Assembly (NCBI RefSeq): GCF_006345805.1
Contig: NC_043014.1
Coordinates: 36,456,001-36,520,000, forward strand
From: Octopus sinensis
Taxonomy: Eukaryota
DNA length: 64,000 bases
Direction of reading: 5' to 3'
The position numbers and the translations under genes are program-made. The notes under the pieces were generated by a model. The model was given only the letters and a program-made list of their open reading frames with translations. It did not search any database and had not been told where the DNA came from. Position 1 is the first letter of the stretch. Every line of letters begins with the position of its first letter. Below, piece by piece: positions 13,600-24,251 of the stretch.

Positions 13600-13854
13600 T
13601 ATACATATATTTATATATATACATATATATACATATATTTATATGTATATATATGTGTGTGTGTGTGTATGTGTAAGTCCGTGTGTGTGTCCGTAAATAC
13701 ATACTTATGTATCAAGATATTTTCAACTGAGACGTTAGAACCGTATTTAATAATAAATATCAAAAACTAACTGCAAAGTTTTATTTGTGGATAGATGTAA
13801 TCCGTATTCAAAACAACCGTTATTTTTATTGGTTCTCTTTTTCCTACTTCTGTC

Positions 13855-14040
13855 ATTCTTCTTCTTCTTCTTCTTCTTCTTCTTCTTCTTCTTCTTCTTC
13901 TTCTTCTTCTTCTTCTTCTTCTTCTTTTTCTTCTTCTTCTTCTTTTTTTCTTCTTCTTCTTTTTTCTTTCTTCTTCTTCTTCTTCTTCTTCTTCTTCTTC
14001 TTCTTCTTCTTCTTCTTCTTCTTCTTCTTCTTCTTCTTCT
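13855..14040. repeat. (TTC)n tract upstream of the Ig1 acceptor (counterparts about 45800-46095 and 62925-63123)
   Basis: Direct reading. Confidence 0.97.
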
Positions 14041-14103
14041 ATAGTTACATTTATATATTTTTTATAACATCTATATCTGATCTATGATTTTTTTTCTATG
14101 CAG

Positions 14104-14436
14104 TTATTGAGATTGCAGATGTGTTACCTTCAAGCAATATTGATTTTGAAAACAGAACATTCTTAACTATAAAATGTCGGTATGCTATAGAAAATCTCCT
14201 TCAGTTTTTTCTCGTGCGAAATCACAGTGAAGTTATTGTTCAAATCTATTATCAAAAAAAGACACGAAGTTTTGCGGTTGTAAGCAGGAGAAAGGGTTTT
14301 GACTGTACTGTACCTAAAGTACCTGGAGATAAGAAAGGTGTGATTACCTGCTCGAAACATTATCCCTCTTGTGAGGATGCGACATACTACAAATGTTCAA
14401 CATATAAAGAATCCTCAAAATCTAGACTTGTAAGAG
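14104..14436 (+). CDS. Ig-GPI gene copy 1, exon 3: V-like Ig domain (Ig1)
   Basis: ttttttctatgcag acceptor, G|GTCAGT donor, 333-nt symmetric phase 1-1 exon, open frame. B-strand LTIKC and F-strand EDATYYKC (D-x3-Y-x-C) motifs. Overlaps ORF 14121-14618. Confidence 0.87.
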
Positions 14437-14559
14437 GTCAGTTTACTCGTTCTATTTTTACTTCCGTTTCTTGTTTTGCACGTATTCAACTCCATTGTCT
14501 TTATTTTTATTTCTATTGCGTGTTTCTATTGCACTATCGAACACAAGTTTCATCCAGTC

Positions 14560-14900
14560 AGGTCAATTGCCCAGGCCAGCCTGACTACCTCTCTCCATCA
14601 CTCCTGATCTTCCATTAGTGTTTTTAGGCCTTCAACTTGGCATCCAACATCTTCTGCAAGCTGTTGTATATATGTCTTCCGTGGTCTTCCAGTCGCTGTG
14701 GTACCGTGATTTGGTGCCCACAACAACTCCTTACTCACAAGTTTTTCTTTACTTCTCCAGCAATGGTCAGCATAAACCCAATGTCCGCTCTTAGATGATT
14801 GATGAGAAAGTTGATACATTCCCATATAACCTTTGTTTTGCTGGGTGCTCCCTCCATTAAATGTAGGGCACTGCACGTAACATTCTGGTGTAGGTACCGT
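14560..14900 (-). mobile_element. RTE/RTEX-type LINE 3' fragment in the Ig1-Ig2 intron (counterparts about 46620-46940 and 63650-63980)
   Basis: YADHCWRSKEKLVSKELLWAPNHGTTATGRPRKTYIQQLAEDVGC resembles the AGHCWRS...GRPRKTY C-terminus of RTE-related ORF2. Confidence 0.75.
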
Positions 14901-14939
14901 CCAGCATGCACTTAAGTCCCTCTCTTTCTTTTCTCTCTT

Positions 14940-15066
14940 TTACTTATTTCAGTCATTTGACAGCGGCCATGCTGGAGCACCGCCTTTAGTCGAGCAAATC
15001 AACACCGGGACTTATTCTTTGTAAGCCCAGTACTTATTCTATTGGTCTCTTTTGCCGAACCGCCAA
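14940..15066 (-). mobile_element. SINE family B, 3' fragment (counterpart about 46985-47115)
   Basis: ttcagtcatttgacagcggccatgctggagcaccgcc...gccgaaccgc. Confidence 0.75.
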
Positions 15067-15477
15067 GTGCATGTCTGTATATGCATGCATGAATGTATGT
15101 AAATATGTTTGCGTATGTGAATATATCTGTATCTATATATGTGTCCACATATTCATACATGCGCACACACACACATACATACACGCACACACGCAAATAT
15201 ATATAATTGCACACAAATACATGCTTATGTGTAAGTAAATATACACGTGTTTGAATGTGTCATTCATCTGTTGTGGAGTTATTGCTAGTCTTTGGTTCCA
15301 CACAGCCTTAGCACTGCTTACACAGTTAACCACTTCTAAGCAACAGTTCCCAAAGTCCAGGATTAACAATAATTGGAGTGTTGTCAAATGTTTTAGTCTT
15401 GTATGAAGATTGTAGTTTACATTAGTGAAACTACTCTTTTATTGTGAGGCCCTTTGTTCGAAGATAAGCATATTTCG

Positions 15478-15680
15478 ATTCTCTTTACTCTTTTTACTCT
15501 TTTATTTGTTTCAGTCATTTGACTGCGGCCATGCTGGCGCACCGCCTTTAGTCGAGCAAATCGACCCAGGGTCTTATTCTTTGTAAGCCCAGTACATATT
15601 CTATCGGTATCTTTTGCCGAACCGCTAAGTGACGGGGACGTAAATAAAACAGCATCGGTTGTCAAGCAATGCTAGGGGGA

Positions 15681-15760
<80 letters not shown>

Positions 15761-15920
15761 CGACAGGCTTCTTTCAGTTTCCGTCTACCAAATCCACTCA
15801 CAAGGCATTAGTCGGCCCGGGGCTATAGCAGAAGAAACTTGCCCAAGATGCCACGCAGTGGGACTGAACCCCGAACCATGTGGTTGGTTAGCAAGCTACT
15901 TACCACACAGCCACTCCCTG
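15478..15920 (-). mobile_element. SINE family B, full length, abutting the Ig2 acceptor (counterpart about 47525-47980)
   Basis: Reverse complement of the 10250-10680 type; head ends about 30 nt before 15952. Confidence 0.85.
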
Positions 15921-15951
15921 GCCTATTCGCTTTTGTTTTTTTTCTTTTCAG

Positions 15952-16260
15952 TGAGATCTTTCATTAAGAAACTTGAATTTCTTAACCCGCCCGCTGAAGT
16001 AAACAAGCTAGCGATCTTCAGATGTTCAGCATACATCGGTGCACCTTTTGGCGCTACTGACTTTTTATGGAGTCATGAGACAAAACACTACAATTGGATA
16101 AATGTGAGTCAAGTGCATGTTCGACCGCATGGAAAGTGTTTATCTCCAGCAGTGTCAATTAAGAAAATCGTTATAAGAGAGGGGGACATTGGTAACTCAT
16201 GTTCCGTCTCATGTTCCGTATACAGTGAATCACGCACTCTACAGCTCACCAGCAAAACAG
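15952..16260 (+). CDS. Ig-GPI gene copy 1, exon 4: C2/I-like Ig domain (Ig2)
   Basis: tttcttttcag acceptor, CAG|GTAAAC donor, 309-nt phase 1-1 exon. IFRCSA...FLWS...VSCSV gives the Cys-Trp-Cys Ig core. Overlaps ORF 15669-16319. Confidence 0.87.
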
Positions 16261-16786
16261 GTAAACAAATTTTCTTTGTGTTATCTTCCTTAACGCCTTT
16301 ATATATTCTTGTTCATTAATATCTCCTGATACAATATTTCTGGTTAAATTACACCTTCCAGTAAATTTGTACATCCACTCACGGTTATATTGACAATTAT
16401 ATTTATCCTTGAAAGGTATATCATTACGATTAACCAAATTTATATAGTTTCTTTTTTAAGATTCTGGAGATATTTAGTTGATATAAGAAGCTGCATCCTT
16501 TAAATGCACTCTATATGACATGGTTTGCATAAAGTCCTCCTTATGGCGGAAATTGTAGTGAAAAGGTCCGTACAGCACGGAAAAGCGGACTTTCTCATTA
16601 TAAATACATACACATGCACGCTTGCACGTGTACACGTACCCACGCAGGAACGCACGAACACGCACACACACATGCATACACACACGGACACACTATACAC
16701 ACAGTCGTAGAGAAATGGTGCACCCCGTCCCACGTGGCAAAGTGGTATGACTCAGCCACTATAAAGTCAGCAATCATTTGTTGTTT

Positions 16787-18590
16787 GGTCAGTCAGTAGT
16801 AGCAGAGTTGTTATTTCATTTGCAGGCTAGTTAACATCTTTAATTTTTCTGTGATTTGAATTGGTTTTCACTGTGTTTGACTGTTTTGTGTCCAACGGCA
16901 CATCGTTTTGCTGCCTAAGGCGGCTTTGTTGATGCTTTCCTCCTTGTTTGAAAGGGGAGGCGCGGTAATGGAGACCGAGAACTGAAAAGGTTAGCTCCTC
17001 AGACTTGTAGTCCGAAGAGGATCTTGTTAAAAGTTTGAAAAAGATTGACGAGGCGATGGAGGCCAAGAACTCCAGGCGGTTAAAGATAAATGTGAGGACG
17101 TATGCTTGGAAGAATTGAATCAATTCAAGGAAATCTTTGAAATTGAGGGGAACGATGTAAAGGTGTTCCTTTCCAGTGGGACAACGGAACGAGTTAAAAA
17201 GAAGAACCGTATTGTGCAGAACTTACAGTTTGTAATTACAGCGAACAGAGGTCGCAACCACAACACAGGTTGAAAAGGCATAGAGGAAGTGAAGGAAGTG
17301 AATATGGAAGGAAGTGAATTAGCTTGCCAGAAGCAGAAGATATGCAACGGGGGAGGTGCGTTTTGCGTCGAAGTCTTGGGCCAGGTAGCATGGCGTGACT
17401 CCCTTCAAAACGGGTGAAGTGGTCTTTCTAACCATTTACCTGGGAAGGCGTGCTTCTGGGGTAAGGGTAGAAAAGATCCCTCCTTAGGTGGGTGTAGCCT
17501 GGCTAGTTGCTGCCATCCCGTTTGAAATGGCAGATAAGTTTGTGAGCTTCCAGGCCAAAAGTGTACCACAAAGAAATTGGCACTGGAAATGATAGTCCAG
17601 GCCGCCGTGGGAGATTCAGAGAAGATGGTAGAAACCATCACATTTAGAGAGGATATAAAGCTGAGAGTCTTAGTGGATAGTAGGACTCACTGTTGCTTTA
17701 AATGCGGTCAAAAATGCACATAAAACAGGATACACTCCACCTGCCGTAAAGGAACCAACGAAAGTAACTGCACCTCCACCGCTTGCGATGTCATGTGTGA
17801 GCAAAAAAGAACCGGAGAAGGAGGAAGATAATCAGGTGGCAGAAGAGAAACATGGATGGAATACGGCACCAAAGAAACTGAAGAATGGGAAAAGAACAAA
17901 TCAAGGCGAAATTGTGAATTCCTACCCTACTCCCACCCTGCCCTACGCTGTCCCACCATCTCCCTGCAGTCACCAGCAGCAACTCAAAGAACAAGAACGG
18001 CTATTTCTTTATTGCCCACAGGGACCAAACATAGAGGGCACGATACAAATGAGGGAGGAGTGGATAAAACGAATGATTTTAGAATAGATGAATAGTTAAA
18101 AATTTACGTTAACAATTTTTATAAATAGGATTATACTATGCGGATTCTTCATTCTCAACAAACTCGCTACAGCTTTCCATCGTTTTCCGTATAAATCAGG
18201 TGACAGGCATTTTATCTCCACCCTTATTTTTCTCTTAAGATGGTAGATGAGGAAATTAACCAGTCCAAGGCTGGAGATGAAGATGCCTCTCACGATTCTT
18301 TTCACGTGGGTCTTCCATACTACCTCTTTCGGTATAGTGACCACAATGAGAAAACGAGCCATGCTGTCTTTGTTAAAAGAGGAAGCAGGAACAATCTATA
18401 CAATCGACTCAAAAGACAGTTGTACTCTTCCCAGCCGCGTCAGCGGGTGTTCAAGGTAAACCCACATTTCGGAAATTTTGGGTCATTGTACAATAGCGTG
18501 CAGAACAGTTTCCCTGTCCTGCTCGCATCATGGGCGCGCGGGTGCGCAAGGTTCACCATGCTTTACGAGTTTATCGCGAAATGGTAAGGC
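16787..18590 (+). mobile_element. Decayed Tx1/L1-clade LINE 5' part: ORF1 with zinc-knuckle relic and endonuclease relic (counterpart about 48847-50689)
   Basis: CFKCGQK-HIKQD knuckle relic at about 17694; RYSDHN (APE SDH motif) in ORF 18240-18587; many stops and frameshifts. Confidence 0.68.
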
Positions 18591-19770
18591 TCCTCAGTAA
18601 CACTGCCAGGTGGGGAATCTTTGGAAGTTATCCAAGGGTCTTGGCCCAAGTGTCCTTCGGAACAGGCAGGCTAGTTGACCCTCATCGAAGCCTAGAGTCT
18701 TCCCCACACATCGTCGTCACACTGAACCTCAACCAACCCTCTATAAAATACGAAGTGGAACCCCCTCCGCTGGCGTTGCCCATGTGACAGAGAAGCTTGA
18801 GTGCCTCACAACACTTCGCTTGCCAAGCACTCAACTTTCGTCTACACTTGACCCAAGGTCCTAGTTCACTCAAATTAGTAAGCTTAGGAAATAACAACCG
18901 ACCGGACGGAGACCACACCTGTTCACTATCCAGGTAGAGACACAGATACCTCAGCATCAGCGCACGTCTGCGCATCAACAGCCAAGACATCCCTTGCCCA
19001 CCATTTAGTGGGTCCTGGCAGCAGACAGAGCGCTTTACAAGAGGATTTCTACTCCACAAAAAAACGGAAGAGCAGCCCCTCTAAATTGATCAGCCACGAA
19101 CGGGGGCAAGGCACGACGGTTAGGCGGTAGGTAATCATAGAAGCGATAAACACAACAGCGACCTCTGCCCTTCCTTTCAGGGAGAGCCGCCATTGAGACC
19201 AGGTCTGAGTTAGCTGGATCACCCTGCTCGTCACCTCGCTCCAATACTTTATCTGGAGATCTGGACAAAACTAAACCCCTAGCATTTTAACCAGCCCCTC
19301 CGTCCAACGCCCTACGACGTTGTTGGAAGGTATCGTCTTGCCTTGCCCGGTGCCGAGTTGCAAGCCGACTGACTTATTCCAGTTAACTTTTGCTCCTGCG
19401 TCATAGCCTTTAATGGCTTTGCCTACCCTCTGTAGGTGTACCATTTCGGACACTACGATGGTGATGTAATTCGCATACGCCGAAACCTTCCCACTGCAAC
19501 CTAGATCTCGTGGGACGAACTTTAATCTCTCCAACTTCCGCAGCAAGAACTCTAGAGCCAATACATACAGAAGTGGGGAGAGAGGACACCTTTGTTGAAC
19601 AGAGTGCTTGATGTTGAACGGCTTCAAGAAGAACCCGTTCGCCCGAACGATCGACTCAATGTTACTGTATAAAGCAATGATCCACCCTCTACAGACGGGG
19701 CCGAACCCGAATGCTGTAAGGACCAACACCGGATACCGATGGTCAACCTTGTCAAAAGCTTTGATGAATT
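18590..19770 (-). mobile_element. Tx1/L1-clade reverse transcriptase fragment, decayed
   Basis: IKAFDKVDH...SVQQRCPLSPLLYVLALE...SAYANY match RT motifs (KAFDRV, GVRQGCPLSP, YADD) in degenerate form. Confidence 0.85.
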
Positions 19771-20130
19771 TTAATTGACAGGAAAAACTATTAAAAATTA
19801 AAAGCAAACTTTTAATGGTACACCTGGGAACGACGTAAACCCATTAGGGGTAGAAATAAGATACGATCCTCTGCCTCCTGTGTTGGATTTCGAAAAACTG
19901 AAACCGCTTTCAATTTGCTAAGATAATTATTCGGATAAACGTTGGATTAAAAATAGTGTAAAATATAGTTAAAATGGTAAACACGGAAGTGAGGTCGAGT
20001 AGTAGCCATTACACCATTTTTATATAATTTCATTTCATTCATCCGTTCATGTTGTTTGTCCTACTTGTGCATTGTAGTCTGTCCTTGTTCGTCCCCTCTC
20101 TGTATGCCCTTGTAGGCAATAGAGAAACAA

Positions 20131-20945
20131 GGTCAGTCAGTAGTAGAGAAACATTTGGTAAGCTAAAGTTCTATTATTTTTTGGCGTTATATTGTTGTTT
20201 AATTGTTGTAGTGTTCCTTGAACACTTAAGTTTGTGCTGTCTTGCGGCAGTTTATTTGTGCTTTCCCTCCTCATAGAAGAAGGTAGACTGAATAAAAAGA
20301 AAAGATGTCAGAAGAGGAAGATATCAGCTACTCAGAACTGTCCTCGTCGGAACAGTCAGAGCAATCGTCGTGGTCAGAGATTTCGTGGAGTACAATAGAG
20401 AAACTGAACGAAGAACGGATAACAGAGAACAAAAACTTCGCAGAAATCGCAAAGTGTAAGGAATATCAAATCGAATGGGTAAAATGGAGAAATTACATGA
20501 CAATGATGAGTCGCGAAGATAGACATAATGACTACTTACAAAATAGAGAAGGCACTAAGGCCAATCTGACAAGAGATAACGTGTCTTACCGGGGGCAAGT
20601 ATGGAAATGTAGAGGTGAGATTTAATGAGGCAGAAAAGGCAAAGGAGAACGCGGCAACCATTATAAAGAGTGATGAAGTGATACTATTATATATATGTAC
20701 AATAGAAGGCGTGCTTTAAAAGTTAGCGTAGAGGGAATCCCACCAGAAGTTGACGTGGTCTGGATAGCAGCCACTGTCCTACATGGAAATGAGAAAGAGA
20801 TAGCGGTTCTCCAGGCCACAACGACGGAAAATAGGCATTGCGAAGGCCAAACCGTAAACACGGTCATTCAAGCGCCAAAGAAAACTATTGAGAAAATGCC
20901 AGAAACGATAACGATAGATGATGTAATAATGGCCCGATTTCAATC
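20131..20945 (+). mobile_element. Second Tx1/L1-like 5' UTR/ORF1 fragment
   Basis: Starts with the same GGTCAGTCAGTAGTAG 16-mer as 16787. Acidic N-terminus, then RRRALKVSVEGIPPEVDVVWIAA (ORF1-like). Confidence 0.55.
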
Positions 20946-22564
20946 AAATTTTCAACATAGTAAAGTGTAAGCGGATTTGTAATTTAAGCGTGGAAATGGG
21001 TTCAAAGTTTGAAAATTAAGGCGATATTTCTGAAGTTGAAAGAAATTTCTTTTACGTATTTTTGCTTTTTAGTTTTCATTGTTTACAGTTTAGAGCTTTC
21101 ATTTGATTGGTCAATCGTCGAAAACTTCCCAAAATAAGTACTAAATTTAACAAAGAAATCCATTTTTTCCTTATTTTTAATCACTCAAATAGTGACACGT
21201 ACAAAAGGCATGTGTGCTTTCCGTTTTCACTGCCTGATATTTATGATTGATCTTTCAAAATATTTCCTTTCTCAACTTACACAAGATCTTTTGTTTTTTA
21301 TAAATGGGAGAGAGATAGATAAAGAAAGATAGAGAGTGAGAGAAAGCGAGGGAGAGTCCGAGAGAAAGGAAGAGTAAGAGAGTGGGAAAGTGAGAGAGAA
21401 AAGAGAGAGAAACAAAGAGGGAGAATGTGGTGATTAGAAACAGAAAGGAAGCAACAGAAAGTAATAACTACACTCTCACCCACGCATAGAGCGGGTCACC
21501 TTAAGCTAGTAACATATATTTTTGCGATTTTTTTTACTTTGTTTCGTTTGTTCTATGTCCCCACAAGGAGACATAGAACAAACGAAACAAATTAAAGACA
21601 TCTTCGTTGGAGCAGAATACAGCTGAGTTTAGACAGCAAGAGAAAAGAGAACTACATGTCTGCATCCTGAAGGAATTTCTATGCGTTAAATAGCAGCTAA
21701 ATCTCCCTGATGCCTATTCTATCGTACTAGTAAAAGAAAGTTTCATTCGACTATGAAGACTTAGCTATAAAAATAAAAATCAAAAACACTAACATAATCT
21801 CTCTAATTATATCTTTTCGTTTAAAAAGTATGAATAACTTTCGTTAATATAATTCAAACCATGTCTAAAGTAAAAGACAGGGTGGTTACGGAGGGAAAAA
21901 TCTTCGATCATAGGTCAAAGTTATCAGGAATGATCTTAAGATAAGCAACATATTTCGACTGGTTCCAGCAATTTGTCATAAAGAGAATACTTCACGAGAA
22001 TGCTTCAGTTTGTCTGAATGACATACAATACAATACAATTTCATATTTCAGAGATGAGGAGCTTGCAGTAGAAAAATATAGAGCGTGGCAAGTCAACATA
22101 GAAATAAACAAGAACACATAGTATAAAGAAAAAATTTCAATACCGGTATAAAAGATTTATATTAAACAAAAGGAGAAAAGATTGATCATACTTTTCGATT
22201 GTAGCTCTGGTTAAATATATATATATATAGTTAATTCAAACATGAAAACCCAAAGAGAAAACACAACAACGCGAGGACTTGGAACAAATATATCATTATT
22301 GGACGCTCAGGAAGGAATGGAAGAAGGAGGGTTCAACATTTCGAGCGGAGCTCTTCGTCAGAAACATAGAAGGAAAGATCCAGAGAAGGGAAGACGGAGG
22401 GAAAAAATCGCTAACGGTACACACGCGGTCACATTTTGAATGATAAACATTTTGATTTCATTTCCAATTTGGAAAACAAAACTGCATTGAAAACTAAGAT
22501 AAAAACTTAAATATTATGTTTCTATATATTATTTTGTTTATAATTTTAAAATTTTTATTTCTAG

Positions 22565-22597
22565 GTACTGAGCAGAAAGCAATCAGAGACAATGCAG
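22565..22597 (+). CDS. Ig-GPI gene copy 1, exon 5: 33-nt stalk microexon (GTEQKAIRDNA)
   Basis: atttttatttctag acceptor, CAG|GTATCT donor, symmetric phase 1, in frame between Ig2 and the terminal exon. Confidence 0.62.
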
Positions 22598-22989
22598 GTA
22601 TCTTTAATCTTCTAACTTTTGCTTCTTTCAGTTACTGGATGGTGGCCATGCTGGGCTATTTTCTAATAGTCTTTGTCATACTTATTCCCGAACTGATACG
22701 TTGTGGGCACGTAAACAAACCAACACTGGTTTTCCAGTGATGGTGGGGAACAAACACTAATGTACACATCTATACATACATACATGCACACGCTACACAC
22801 ACTCACACACACATACATACACACAGATACCGCGCACACACAAATATATACACGACATTCTTGGGTCAAGCATAGACCTATGCAGGGTACCTGACACCTA
22901 GTGTGACATCAGGCGCTCACACCTCTGTCAGCAGGGTATTGGTCTTAGTGGACGTTGCACCGAGATCATCTACTCACAATTGGTGGTGA

Positions 22990-23590
22990 GTAAAAGTGAC
23001 AACATCCTCTAGGAATCTCTGAGTGTCAAGGAAGGCCAACTGCCCAGTCGTTTTCGAAGAAGTTTTGCGCCGGGTTCCATTGATAATTTACAAAAATCCC
23101 TTGCCTGGCAGTGCTACAGAATAACATTGCCGATTCGTAATAAAGTGTACCGGCATGATATTCCCCTCAGCTGCTCTTGCCCTTGATGCACATTGCATGA
23201 TGAAGATTTTCTACACGTATTAGTATAGTGCTTGAGCATCGTTGAATTCTGGAGTTACGTCTACCAGCTGCAATCACTTCTCGGACGGATCTGGTTATAG
23301 GTCGAATCCAAAGTGAAGATTGCTTCCTTGCATTCCTTTTATCTTGAAGGGTAGGCAGATTTCCTCCATTAGGTGCTTTTGGTGAAAGATGATGCGATTA
23401 ATGAGAAAGAGACCAAACCTTCATTGACTTTTCATGTTTAAAAGGAAAGTGAGCGTGGAGAGCAAGGTCCTTTCTCCCAGTAAAACTTACACTGTGGATG
23501 AATATAGCAAGAATGGCTCGAGTGAATTGTCGTAACCTAAGCGTGCCCATGTAGTTACAGCAGTACGGAGGTGAGAGAAACACAACAGTA
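22990..23590 (+). mobile_element. Tx1/L1-like ORF2 3' fragment, decayed
   Basis: LPIRNKVYRH...CP-C relic of the C-terminal zinc-finger region at about 23125-23200. Confidence 0.5.
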
Positions 23591-23841
23591 TTCCTGGTAA
23601 CAGGGTGACTCAGGATTACTTGGTTACTGTGAGGTTACTTGGTTACCCTTGGCGGCATTTTGTCCGGCTTTCTGAGTTAAAATGCCACCGAAGTTGACTT
23701 TACTTTTCATTCTTTCAGAGTCAATGAAATAGGCACCAATTGAATACTGGAGTTGATGTAATCGATGTCCACCTTCACCAAAGTTTTTGGTCTTGTACCA
23801 AAATTAAAATGAAATGTGCTTTTTTTTACTTTCTATTACAG

Positions 23842-23921
23842 ATAAATTATCTGATGCAAATATTATTACTAAGATTTTGAAATTTGCAGCAACACTGCTT
23901 GTTATTGGCCATTTTCATTAA
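23842..23921 (+). CDS. Ig-GPI gene copy 1, exon 6: terminal exon with GPI-anchor-like signal (DKLSDANIITKILKFAATLLVIGHFH*)
   Basis: Strong acceptor ttttttttactttctattacag, phase-1 entry, small-residue cluster S-D-A-N, hydrophobic C-terminal stretch, TAA at 23919-23921. No canonical AATAAA seen nearby. Confidence 0.65.
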
Positions 23922-24020
23922 GGATTTCGGAAAACAAGCCCCAGCAGAATCAAAAAGTGGTTAGTATTGTATTTTTCATTTTCGTTCCTTTGATTTTGTT
24001 ATTCTTCTATATAATATATT

Positions 24021-24251
24021 TCTTTACTACCCACAGAGGGGTATGTATGTATGTAAACACAGAGGGGGCAAACAAGGACAGATTAAGTTGATTACATCGA
24101 CCCCAGTGCGTAACTGGTACTTAATTTATCGACCCCGAAAGGATGAAAGGCAAAGTCGACATCGGCGGAATTTGAACTCAGAACGTAACGGCAGACGAAA
24201 TACGGCTACGCATTTCGCCCGGCGAGCTAACGTTTCTGCCAGCTCGCCGCC
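24021..24251 (-). mobile_element. tRNA-derived SINE, family A
   Basis: Same head and body as 6010-6243, ending gccagctcgccgcc. Confidence 0.82.

Noticed and set aside
13785-14087. Poly-Ser/Phe/Leu and poly-Glu/Lys/Arg ORFs (also 45729-46141 and 62835-63170)
   Set aside because: Translations of the (TTC)n tract.
20049-20157. Signal-peptide-like exon MLFVLLVHCSLSLFVPSLYALVG... with a phase-1 G|GTAAGC donor and an upstream CGGAAGT motif
   Set aside because: Its 3' part and donor lie inside the 5' end of a Tx1-like LINE (shared GGTCAGTCAGTAGTAG). A better signal peptide already exists in every duplication unit, and in the preferred model it sits in intron 4. It remains possible as a cryptic first exon.
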